From assembly GCA_951406725.2 (NCBI GenBank), contig OX597815.1:76260001-76324000 (forward strand): a stretch of 64,000 nucleotides of DNA. The letters run 5' to 3'. The position numbers were made by a program, and so were the translations under genes. This document shows positions 49,606-62,076 of the stretch, in pieces. The DNA comes from Octopus vulgaris (Eukaryota). The stretch's first letter is position 1. The number at the start of each line of letters is the position of its first letter. Under the pieces are notes generated by a model. That model ran no database searches, was not told the origin of the DNA, and was given only the letters and a program-made list of their open reading frames with translations.

Positions 49606-51284
49606 ATTGACGTCACAGAGATGTAAAGTAAAGTTGTCCTTAATGGAATTTTAAGTCGGAATGTAGAGATAGAACTATGAATAATATAACAGTCTGATGT
49701 TACACTGTCACTCAAAGATAGTGTGACTATGTTGTATTATTAAATCTAAACATTATGTACTATTAAATCTAAACACACACCTACAGAGTTTAGCCATGCA
49801 AGTCACAGTTGAGTGACTAACATCAGAAAAGGTATCAAAATTTAGAATATGTTTACAATATGGGAAACACCAGCCATACAAAAATTTATTGTTAAAAGAT
49901 ATTCATGCGCAGATACAGGCCTAGGAGTGGCTCAATTTGCTTGACTAAAAGGTGGTGTTCCAGTAGGGCCGCAGTCAAATGACTGAAACAAGTAAAAGAG
50001 TTTGCATTGTGGAGGTTAAATGATGATAATATATAATATCTTAGGTAATATTTTGTTGTTCAACAGGTCCTAAATATCTACTGATTCTATTCTAGTTCAA
50101 CAAACTGTGTTACCCTTGTCAATCAAACTCAGTTGGTTTCATTAAGACCTATTATTTAGCAACATGTGGCATCTTCATGTCACAACCTTCATGGATTTAT
50201 AAAATAAAAATGATAAAACATCATCTTTGGCAAAGCACCCTCTGCTCCTCTCTCAACAAGCTTTGTTGAGTTCAGACATTCTTCTCTGGTAAAGAACATT
50301 AAAATGAAATGGTTTTTTTTTTTAATAAAATGTCCCATAAAAATACAAAAAGGTTTTAAGTAAGGATTGTTGACGACTAGGTAGAGCACAGTTTTAAAAG
50401 TGTGGTAGTGGAGAGAATTTAAAGATATTTTATGACATTAGTTGATGATTGCAAAAAGAGAGTGGTTTACTGCAGCAGTCAGTCAAATTCTATTGCAAAT
50501 GTGAGAACAAAAAAACAAAAAAACTCATTTGCATAAAGTTTATATTTTTGTGAAGTAGACATAATTTATAAAAGAAAAACCAAGCAAACAGGGATTGAAA
50601 AATTTTACGAACAGCTGGCTCATTAAATTTTGGAGAGCAATACAATAGTGCACAGGAGGCAACACTGAAACTAGTTGACAGAATAGATTTGATAGCAGAA
50701 CCAATGAAGTAGAGAATACATTTGGGACAGACTTGTTTTCCAGATCCATCCAACCGCAGCTATCATGATCATCATTGTCATTTTAACGTCCATTTTTCCA
50801 TACTTTTATGGATCAACTGAATTTTACTGCACCAAATCTTTTATGATCAGATGGTCTTCCTTTCACTATCTCCACCCCTCCTGTTTCCAAACTAATATTT
50901 CCCCAAGGCCAGAAGTGTATTCACAGAATATTAGAAAAGAATGATAGTGCTTATATTAGTCAAGAAACATACTTCTTGTTGCCTAAATTTTTCTTAATTA
51001 AATCTTCCAAATTAAATGTTTTAATACTTCACACCACTCTATTAAATAGATGCACTATGTTTGAATAAAAAATGAGTTGGTCATGTCTGGCAACTTTTTG
51101 CACATAGGTATGCTTTATCAAGATTGACCAAGGTTCCTTACATTAAATACTAATTAGTAAGAAGAGACCAAAACTAATTGTCTTAAATCATTGGAGACAT
51201 GAACATAGAAAAATATTAGCATTTTGAGGTTACCAAGCTTGCTTTGTTCAGCTTTGATCAGTTGTAACCTGGTCACTTCACAGA

Positions 51285-51806
51285 ATTCAGATTCCTCTGT
51301 CAAATGTAATGGTTATCTATTCATATTGTTTTGAATTTATCCTGCATTATCCTGTAGCCTCGAGGCTTAAATGTTGGAATTGCTTATTTTTGGACTGACA
51401 TTGTAGGATAGGTGTGAGAAACTGGATCTGGTCAGTTTGAACATAAAACAGACAGAATATTTTGACCAGATATGGCCAGTTTAAATGCTAAAGAGTTAAT
51501 AATTAAGAATAACCATAGTTGAAATCCTGGCTAAGCTCATGATGCAGGTTCAATTCCCAGGTGCTATTATATAATTTATTCAGATAAACAATTTAAAGAA
51601 GAGCACGAAAATTTCAATTCCCTTTTCTATTTCATTAAACTCAACTAGGATGGTTAATCATTAACAGATACTTGCAATCAGGAAAGGTCAAATAATTGAT
51701 TATCAACATTAGATAAATAATAAACACATAACAGTATATTTCTTCACATCTCTACAACAAACTTCAAATCTGTAGGGGAGAAATACAGGGGATAGATTGT
51801 TACATA
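51285..51806 (+). repeat. ~510-bp local duplication, copy 2
   Basis: Colinear with 49100-49605. Retains a short segment that is deleted in copy 1. Confidence 0.9.
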
Positions 51807-52219
51807 TTATACATAGCAATCTATATTATACTCTACATATCATTTGTCCTGCCCATGCATGCATGGAAGTTGATGATATGTGGCAATCAAAGCTACAAGA
51901 TAATACAGGATAAATTCAAAACAATATAGTGTATTCTGAGTAGGTGTCACATTTTCTCATGCTACCAGCATTAGAAACGTTGGAAAGTCCTCAGTGAGAT
52001 AATATTAAAGCTAAAATCTTATGCTTTCTCTGGTTGTCTGAAATATGTGTGTGTGTGTGTGTGTATGAATATATGCATTATATATGTTAAATGTTAAAAT
52101 AAGTTTATAATTTTAAAGCATGTTTAAGAACAACAATGGAACTGTTAATGATAGTGTGACTATACTAAGAGTAGAGCAAACTTTATTGTGAAGATCAAGT
52201 TAATTGGGACTTCACAGTA

Positions 52220-52307
<88 letters not shown>

Positions 52308-52309
<2 letters not shown>

Positions 52310-52947
52310 GGGTTATTCAAAAAGAATGAACCGATTTCATTACACAATATTTTAAAACATTGCCAGATTAGACTGGAGCCTGGTGCAGCCTTCTGGCTTC
52401 CCAGAACCCCGGTCGAACCGTCCAACCCATGCTAGCATGGAGAACGGACGTTAAACGACGACGACGAAAAACAATAGAAAACTCCAGCTAAATCACAAGT
52501 ATTTACTCACAATCAACTTTTTTTTCCTCTCTTACACGTGTTCAATGTGGCCACCACCTGCAGCATGGGCAACATCAATGTAATAAGAGAATTCCTCCAA
52601 GATGCATATCTGCTTGGCCTGCGAGATCCCAGACCTCACCGTGTGATTTTTCTTGTGGAGGTATGTAAAAGATCGTGTTAAGTTCCACTGCAACCCACTA
52701 ACCTTGATAACCTTAAACATCAAATAACAACAGTAATCAACTCAGTAGATCGTGATATGCTGATATGCTTTTGGGAGGAATTCTCTTATTGCATTGATGT
52801 TGCCTGTGCTGCAGAAGGTAGGGAAACTGAATACTTGTAAGACAGGAAATAAAAGTGAATACTTGTAACTTAGCTGGAGTTTTCTATTGCTTTTCCCTAT
52901 TAAAATATTGCACAATGAAATCAGTTCATTCTTTTTGAATAACCCTG
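52308..52947 (+). mobile_element. Non-autonomous Tc1/mariner-superfamily element with ~90-bp TIRs
   Basis: CAGGGTTATTCAAAAAGAATGAAC...GTTCATTCTTTTTGAATAACCCTG|TA. Internal WPARS-DLT-CDFFLW-YVKDRV remnant. The left TIR is split by an RTE-tail fragment (52357-52467). Confidence 0.85.
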
Positions 52948-54099
52948 TATATACTAAAGTAAGCACATAAATGTGAAACAAGGTGGAAAAAATAGTACTT
53001 GAATACTGGAGGTAGAGTAATCTGCTTTATTAATAAAGCTGCAAAAATATTACAAAAACTTGCTAACCACATTGTGATGTCTTTGCAGCTTTATTGAGAA
53101 TGTATATATACACACACACATACACATATATATATACGGTGTTGCCATGAAAGACCATCAAAGTATTTGTGGTAACTTCAATTTTTCATTTTCTTTTTGT
53201 TTGTGTTTATAACAAAAGAGGTTTGCATACAAGAATGGTTCCTTGATATTAGTAGTGATTCAGTCTTTGTACTGTTGAAGGAGAAGAGGCTTGGTTGAAC
53301 CCCTTCAAAAGATGTTCTAAAGAACTCTGTTCATGGATTTACTGTATGTATAGTATGACGTCTTTTTACCTTGCATGTACATGATACCCACATGCAAACA
53401 GTTAAAGAGGAGTGAAAGATAGGTTAATCTGCATAGATTGTTAAAAGTGACCACCATCTCCGTGAAATATTTTCATCACCCACTTCTCTCTCTCTCAGTC
53501 TGTCTGTCAATCAATCATGAACTCTGTTTCTGTCTCATCATAACCATCCTCAGTAGCAATAGCTTTTTCTCAGGTTTTATATGTAAACCAAACAAGACAA
53601 CACCTGGCATATATTACATCTTTAACTTCTACTTTTATTGCTAATATCACTAAATGCTCCAGTCCTTCTCTCTCTCCCTGTACACCCTCTCCCTCTGACT
53701 ATGTATCTTTCTCTCAGAAAGACACCTGTTCCTGTCCCCCTGTCATACTTTAACATCTCATCATTCAGCACAAAATCTCTTCTTTCAATACTACTCACCA
53801 CTCAGTTAAGATGGGGAGGGTCTTGTCTTGTGAGTTACTTGGTGATTTTACTGATGTTGGTGCCATGTAAAAAGCACCTGTTACACTCTGTAAAGTGGTT
53901 GGTATTATGAAGAGCATCCAGCTGTTGAAACTATAGAGTCAAAGGAGATGGTGGAGCTTGGCACAGTCCTCTGGCGCACCAGCTGCAGTTAAATCCTCCA
54001 ACCCATACCAGCATGGAAAACAGATGAATGGTGACAGTGATGATGACAACAGGTGTGCATTTTGACTTTCAGAAAGAAGCATGTAAGAGACATAAACAA

Positions 54100-54780
54100 G
54101 CCTTGATACAATGTGAGATGTAATGTTGCAGTTTGAGGAGAAACTTTCTATCCAAGAAATGAGAAATGGGCAGAGATGATAAGCGAACAACTTGGGAAGT
54201 TCCCCAGCCAAGCACGATTGACGAATTTACAGAGCCAAGTGCAACAACAGTGATTTTTTTACTGAAATTCTAAAGAATGAGATAACACTAGCAAGAGATA
54301 TAACAGAGTAGTTGATCTGGTTCTATAGAAACCATATTTTGGGTCACTGGAGGGAAAAAGAGTCACAAGGATATGCAAAAAGAATGTTTGATAACAACCC
54401 TTGTTACGGTGTGGTGCATGAGAGAGAGAAAGAGAGAGATTAAAGATATCGGAAAACGTTAGTGTTAATAGCTATTTCCATTATTTTAGAGATGTTAGAA
54501 GTGAATGAATTTGGATGGTAGATGGCTGGGTCAGAAGGGGATTATCTTTCTTGTGAATGAGACAGACCACAATATGTTTCTAAATGTCAAGGTATATTCC
54601 CATAGTTAATGACAGATTAAAATGAGTCTGATGAATAAAGGAACAAGTTCAGGGATACAGCATTTCGGTTTAAGGGAAGAGACATTGTTGAGGTTGATGG
54701 TTTTGTAAGTTTGAAGCAACTGAGAATATTTTTGTACTTGGCATGAGTGTATCTGAGATGAGTGTAGTGAAGTAAATTTA
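54100..54780 (-). mobile_element. Ancient LINE RT relic
   Basis: Minus-strand peptides KCCIPELVPLFIRL and GELPKLFAY..LISWIESFSS resemble the KxCAPEL and LLxKLxxYG..WIxSFLS RT motifs. Confidence 0.45.
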
Positions 54781-55262
54781 AACATTTGCATAAAGGTGCA
54801 TGTATGGCTATGTTGTTAAGAAATTCATTTCCAAACCAAGTGGCTTGAGGTTCAGTTTTACAATCTGGCACCTTGGGTAAGTGTCTTCTGTAGCCCTGAG
54901 CCAAGTGAAGCCTTACAAGAAAATTTGGTACAAGGAAGCCCACTGTATGTGTGTGTGTATGAGTGAGTTTGTTTGTTTATATTTGGACTTCTCCTCAAAT
55001 TGCTGAGCTATTGGCAGTGATGATGTCATTTCCTTGTCAACAAACTGTTCATTGGCTATGCATATTCAAAGTCATATGAAATAAGAAATCCTATACTTGA
55101 AAAAACAGAAAATGACTAGCAACAAGAAATGCATCTGGGTGTAAAAACAATGTCTCCATAATATTTCTATTTAACTCATGGCAGCATGGAAAATGGATGT
55201 AAAAACAAATGAATTGAAATTTATGCATCTTGCTCCAGTGACTTGTTACACACACACACAAA

Positions 55263-56165
55263 CAGTACATCAGCTAATTGGGAGCAAAAGTCTTGAAAAC
55301 AATAGGTGGTTCAAATTTTAACTAAATATCCTCTTTTTTTAAGCTCCAATGTGGAAGCTTCAAATCTAATGCAGATAACAAGAAGGCATATCATTCTCAT
55401 TGCCTTAGCTGCTAACCACATTGATTCAGAGATTGTAACCTCCTTAAAAGTCATCAGGTTTTTTGTGCTTAAGACAGGAAAGAGGTCCTGGCCCTAGCCT
55501 CAGGCAAGAACGTGTCTTCCACTACCATAAGAGACAAAAAATTCTTGATGGTCAAGCATTCTCAGAAAAGACATGTTTGTCCAGCAAATTGATCATAGAT
55601 GAGAAACCCAGGAAATCAGTAAAGGCCATTGCCAATCATCTCCATGTGTTGGTGACAATGATAAGACATGTGGTGCACAAAGACATCAGGTACAAATCCT
55701 ATGTTATGAGAAGAGAGCAGATCATGTCCAATAAAACCTGGAAGAAATATATGATCCAGTTGAAGTGCTTGCTGAACAAACTCAAGCACCACAAGGAGCC
55801 AGACATGCTCTGGTTTGTCTCAAATGAGAAGAACTTTGTTCAAAATAAAAAAGTGAATAGGAGAGATGACAGATAGCTGTACACAAAGCCCACTGAAATC
55901 CCTACTGTTATGCACACCAAGTTCCAATCATCTTATGGATTGTGAGCAATGAAGGCCATGTCATGCTTCCTCACTTTTTTCCAGAAGGTCTTAGGGTCAA
56001 TATGGCAGCCTACATTAAGAGAAAGATAGTTGCTAAGCCCTGAATTGAGAAAATAGCTTGGGGGAGGTGTACATATTCCAGCTAGACACTACTTCCTTTC
56101 ACACAACCTGCACAACCCACGAGTGAATGATTGAAAATTTTTGTGATCATTTGACTCCAGTATGA
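55263..56165 (+). mobile_element. Decayed DD37D (maT-type) Tc1/mariner transposon
   Basis: DEKPRKSVKAIA..IRHVVHKDIRYKSY..MLWFVSNEKNF..KVNRRDDR, followed by degenerate VSNEG and FQxD regions. Confidence 0.75.
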
Positions 56166-56442
56166 ATGATCGCTCGGGGCATGTTGTAATGTATATAGTC
56201 TAACTTAATTTTTATCTCACAACACGAGTTTCATACCACTGTAATATAATTTGAAAATAGCAGTGATATGAAACTCAAGCTGCAAGATAAAAATTCAGTG
56301 GTGATAAACTGTGTGTGTATACATACAGGAGGCACAAGTTTTAACAAATGTGTTTTCTTCCTTTTTGTGTTCACTGCTTTCATTACACACACACACACAC
56401 ATCTCTCTCATATTCATACACACACACACACACACACACACA

Positions 56443-57675
56443 CAAGGGTTGGCTGTAAAGTTCACAGGCTGACTAGGATATTCTCATAGAATATGACCAA
56501 ATAAAGTTTATTTTACCACAAAGTTGCCCTTGCTGCCTATACATTTCTTCCATTGGTGTTGTGGTGCTTGGATCCTATTGGTGAACAAGCTTTCATTCTT
56601 TTGATCAAAAAAGTAATCATCATATACTAGTTCCCAGCCAGGCATTTTTTCATGTCAGGGAATAGATGATAGTCAGATGGGGCCAAATCAAAAGCAGAGG
56701 GAAATTGAACCAGTTCAAAGCCACAGCCATGCACAGCAGCCATTGAAACCAAGGATTTGTATGCTGGAGCATTATCCTCATGAGACAAGACCCCTTTCGT
56801 CAGTTTTCCTGGGCGTTTGTTACTCACAGCCTTTCGTAACTGCCTCAGCATGTTGGCATAGTACTCTCCATTGATGGTGTGGCCCTTTTGAAAATAGTCA
56901 ATAAGCATAATGCTTTTGGCATTCCAAAAAAACTAAGGCATCACCTTCCCTGTGGATGAAACAACCATGACCTTCTTTGGAGCAGTTGAGGAGAGGTGTT
57001 TCCACTGCATGGATTGTCTCTTTGTCTCTGGCTCAAAGTGGCTTAGAAAATGTTCAAAGAAACCAGCTGGATCTACTTCAAACAATGTCAGATTTTCCTG
57101 TGATATGATCAGCCTGGTACGTTTTTGATCAGGTGTCAGAAGAGTGGCACCCACTGAAAAGAAACCTTTGTCATGCCAAGTTCATTATACAGAATATTCT
57201 TAACTCTCTCATGGCATTGGCTATTTGGTTTGTAGTTAATCAACTGTCATCTATCACCATGTGGTAAACACAAATGATGTTTTCCTGGGTGTTGACAGTT
57301 GCAGGATGTGCAGATCTTGGGTCAACTTCAAGACTCTACCTTCCCCTTATAAATTCAGCTACCCACTTTTGCAATGTTGATAAAGCTGGTTCGTCATCCC
57401 CTAATGTAGCAACCATGTCAGTATGAATGTCTTTAGGGGCTAAACTATTTTTCTGCAGGTACTTGATAACACTATGATGTCCAAATTTTGTCGATTTTCA
57501 AGAGAAGTTGCTACTAGTTACTTTTAAAGTCTTTTTTGAACAGTCAGATGTCAGTTCACCTGGAAAGAAACAATGCAGTTATTAATAAGAAGGGCTGAAA
57601 GTAATGCATACAAGCTTTCACAGTTCAAGTATAACTTCTTCATAGTCAGTCTATAAACTTTTCAATCCATCCTCA
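56443..57675 (-). mobile_element. Decayed full-length mariner element
   Basis: TIRs caagggttggctgtaaagttcacaggctgac / gtcagtctataaacttttcaatccatcctca. Transposase motifs PETKRQSMQWKH, DYFQKGHTINGEYY, HEDNAPA and DLAPSDYHLF. Confidence 0.9.
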
Positions 57676-57848
57676 TATGTGTGTGTGTGTGTGTGAAAAC
57701 ACGAGATTGGGAAAAATTGGGGCATTATTTATTTGTTATTACAAGTGATTCATTTGCTAATAAGAATTACAAAATTGTACATGGGGAAACATATAAGTTA
57801 TTTCCTATTCGAAATTCTTCAGACAGAATCAAATAATACAAATTTGCA

Positions 57849-57914
57849 CGAGATAGGATTCCTGGAAACCGTAGCAGATACAAAACAATCAAATCGACAT
57901 GACAATACTGAAGA
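57849..57914 (+). repeat. 66-bp direct repeat, copy 1
   Basis: Identical to 59222-59287 except for one base. Confidence 0.95.
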
Positions 57915-59221
57915 TTGGCAACAAGAAGGGCATCAAGCAGTAGAAAACCTACTGTGATCAACTGCATCTACCCCAAGCAAGCATGGAATAGTGGACGTTA
58001 AAAAAAATTACGATACTGATACACACACACATATATATCAGGTGGTGGGTCGAGTATTTGTGTGTGTTCTTGAAAGAGAAAGATGAAGGAGCTATTTCCT
58101 CAAGAGAAGCTTACACTCATTTTGGAATCTTTAAATTCAAGTAGTATATTTTTTTTAATGAGAAAAATTACAAACAAAAATTACATATTTCTGAGTTGAG
58201 ACAAACTCGCCGTCTTTTAGGGACAATTTCTTATAACAGGGCTCCCAATTTATATTGTCTTTTTGGGGAGAAGTGGGAATCTGCATGAAAGTCATACAAC
58301 CCTATTGCGCTTTTCTATTGATATTGGAAGAAAGCAATGTGATCTAAATATTTTTTATCGATCCTATAAACATGCTCAGTAATTTACCAAATTTAATTTG
58401 TCAGTAAACGAACTCAGTCAGTCATGAAAGTATTTTATCAACAACAAAAAGAAAAAAGAAAAGAAAAGCAACACATTTTAATACAGAGCTGGGAGGTGAA
58501 GTGAAGAAGTAATTATGCAATGAAAGCATTAAAATATTGTCAAAACTTATCGAAAAATATAGAAGTAAAAATAAATAAATAAAAAGAAGAACGAAAAGAA
58601 AATTCTTTGGACGAGTTCCGTTTGACAGAAACAGAAATCTGGCATGATGTTGATATTATATTTTAGCTAAATGGAAAAATGTAAACACAGCAGATCTTTA
58701 CCATTATCTTATGAGTGTTTGTATAAATCTAGAGAGCTGGTTAGAAGATCGCGGAAAGAAATATTTCTTCACAGAATTGTATTCATTTGTTTTATACTGA
58801 ACCCACACTGAGCAACTAAAACGATAAAAAAAAATTTTAATAAAGGAGAAAATATGACAAATTCTGGGTGATTTGTTTTGAAAGCACTCCAGAATAAAGT
58901 TCCAGTTTATGTAAACACCCAAGAATTTTCGTTCGGTAGTTAGTCGATGGATTAGAATTGAAACCGTATTGCTAGAATAGATATAAATAAAACAATAATA
59001 CGTGGAGAAAAGGAGTATTTTGACATATGGAAGGCTGAGTGTGCGTACATGTGGTTGAGCATGTAGGCAGAGCGGTTTGGACAAATTGCTGTCTCAGTTC
59101 TTCTCAGGCAACTATATTTAGTTTTTGAATATATGGTACACAGAAAGCTGCAGTAGAGACATGTACAGTATTATATATAGTACATAGACAGTATACGATG
59201 GCAGCATTACTTTAATTGACC

Positions 59222-59287
59222 CGAGATAGGATTCCTGGAAACCGTAGCAGATACAAAACAATCAAATCAACATGACAATACTGAAGA
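59222..59287 (+). repeat. 66-bp direct repeat, copy 2
   Basis: See 57849-57914. Confidence 0.95.
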
Positions 59288-59291
59288 ATTC

Positions 59292-59341
<50 letters not shown>

Positions 59342-59750
59342 CGCGCGTGTGTGTATGGGAAAGAGAATGAGTGTGTGAGTGATCAGTGGGTTGAAAGGAC
59401 TCGTGCATCCTTATATTAAGAAGGAAGTATCGATCAATTCTGTGTATTTATACGATAAGATATAAACAAAAAAGCTATTTACAAATGTATGTATTTACCT
59501 CCAGTAGATTCGAAAAGTTTATTAATTACTGTAATTGGTGAGAATGCTTAAGATGTTAAAAATCTGAACCCCTAATTACCAAGAAATAAACAGTAGGGCA
59601 GAAGCAATTACTGAAAGCAGACAACAGATGAAGAATAATGGTCAAAGACGAGAATTGAAGATACCCGGTATTTACATGAAAGTTTGATATCATCAATGTA
59701 AACACATATACAAGATTCTTTATTCTAAACAGTCGATTCGATATAATAGT

Positions 59751-59789
<39 letters not shown>

Positions 59790-60364
59790 CAGATACACAC
59801 TTGTATATATTTGTGTATGCGTGTGTGGGTGTATATAATATGTACACATATTTGTGCGCGTGTGTATATATATATATTATATAAGCATACACATGTACAT
59901 AAGTGTGTGCGTGTATATATGATGTATGTATATATAATATATACGCGCACACATACACATGTGTATGTTTATCTTTTATATACATACACACACGCAAATA
60001 TATGTGTATATATTATATACACCCACACACGCATGCACATATATACGTGTGTGTGTGTATTTCACAGGCTTAAATAATATAAATAAGAAATTTAAAAAAC
60101 TTAAGGCATAGAATTTAACCGGAAATGTCTTTGAAGAATATGATTTGAAGAAAGGATGCGTTGGAAGGAAATGAATAACCTGGTAAAGTATTTGTAGTAT
60201 GAAAATTTCAACATATTTATCTATATATTTGTTATTCATTCCATTTAGTTTGAATGATATTTCATTCGAGTCTAACGATACGTAATGATTACAGTAAAAA
60301 GAAAACAGGTTTTTCATTTAAGCAAAAGAACAGAATGAATTGAGACACGAAGATATCGTTTCGA

Positions 60365-60620
60365 CTTACCTGAACTTGTCAAAGCCAACGTTTTGTTGTT
60401 GTTAAAAGGAAGAAGCATGGAGTTTCCCCCCACACGTTGGATATACGGGATGCGATAAACAGGACTGACAGAGATACATCGTCACAGCCGAGACAATGAT
60501 GTTGCGATTGCCACAACGTTACGGGGGTGGAAGGTGTAGTAGATTACAAAATAAACTCGTCCAACTCAGAGGGGTAGGCAGCATAGAAGAGAGCGGGAGA
60601 GAGACAGAGAGAGAGTCATT
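60365..60620 (-). promoter_or_regulatory. Candidate non-coding first exon / promoter-proximal region with consensus splice donor
   Basis: Plus-strand acttacctg equals minus-strand CAG|GTAAGT at ~60365-60373. About 14 CpGs in ~270 bp of non-repetitive DNA against a CpG-poor background. Confidence 0.5.
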
Positions 60621-60959
60621 TGTTTTATTATATAGTAAATTGTTGATCAATTAATAAAGACTTATGCAATCCTTCGAGAGAATATAAATGGGAACTAGGG
60701 ATGGGGAAAAGTATTAAAAGACTGAATGAAGTATTTTATTCCGGTGTTGCCAATCAATGATTGAATAAATAAATAATTAGATAAGTGCGTTAGTGAATTG
60801 CTATTAACAACTTCACAACTTTTTCTTTGGAGAAAAAAGTATATATATATATATATATATATAATGTGTGTGTGTATGTGTGTGCGTGCGTATGTATGTA
60901 TGTATATTTTACACCCGTACACATATCCGAAATGTGCGGTGAGTAGTAAAAAAAAAGTA

Positions 60960-62033
60960 TCACCATCATCGTTTATGTCATCTTCGTCGCCAGCGCTTCG
61001 GTCGTCGTTATCATCATCATCATCATCACCACCACCACCACTACCTCCACCCCCACCACCGCCACTGCCATCGCCACTCCACAACCACCACCGCCGCAGC
61101 CGCCGTCGTCATCGTCATTTTGAGTTTTTAACAAAAATATCTGAGGTTAATTACTTAGAGACAGAGGGATCGATTGATCAATATATAGATAGATAGGTAG
61201 ATAGATAAATTGATGCAAGCATACATAAATTTTACAGCACGTACAGAACGTTTCCAGCACACAATAGTGTACTTTTAGTTGGAACACACATACGCGCACA
61301 CACAGTCAATATTTATCTCGTACACTAATAGGATAAATTACTGAACCTTTTGGTATTGGAAACGATCAGTTCTATCGATTCTGAAGAGTAGCGTGGTAAG
61401 TTGGTGAGTGGACAAGTAAACAAGTGTTGTGACATGCATTCCTTTTCCAATGGTTATTAGTGGACATTAGTAGTAAAGGGGATGGGAGGTTTCAATTGGA
61501 AACCTAAATAAGTGCTTCACACACAGTATCATTATCACCACCACCACGATCATCATCTCCCCCACCATCACCGACATTACCATTATCTTCAACATAATCA
61601 TCATTATTGTTGTCTTCATTGTCAACATCATCGTCGTCGTTATTATCATCATCACCATCACTGCCACCACCACCGCCACCACCACCGCCACCACTGCCGT
61701 CATCACTACTACAACCTATCATCTTAACATTATCATTGTCGTCTTCAACATCAATTGCAGCAGCAACATCATCACCACTGCATCCTCCACCCCATTCTCC
61801 TCCCTCCCTCCCATCCACCTCCTCCTTCTTCTCCTCCACCACCACCTTCTCCACCGCTCCTCTGCATCATCGTCACCATCATCATTATACTCCTTTTTCT
61901 CCTCATCATCATTGTTATCAACACCCACCACCACTACCACCACCTCAACATCATTGACATTGTCATCATCATTGTTATCATATCATCATCATCATCGTCA
62001 TCATCGTCATCGTCATCATCGCCATCATCATCG

Positions 62034-62075
<42 letters not shown>
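60960..62075. repeat. Low-complexity (CAT/CAC/CGT/CTC)n triplet tracts (60960-61118 and 61528-62075)
   Basis: Direct reading. These explain the poly-H/P/S/D/G ORFs. Confidence 0.9.
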
Positions 62076-62076
<1 letters not shown>

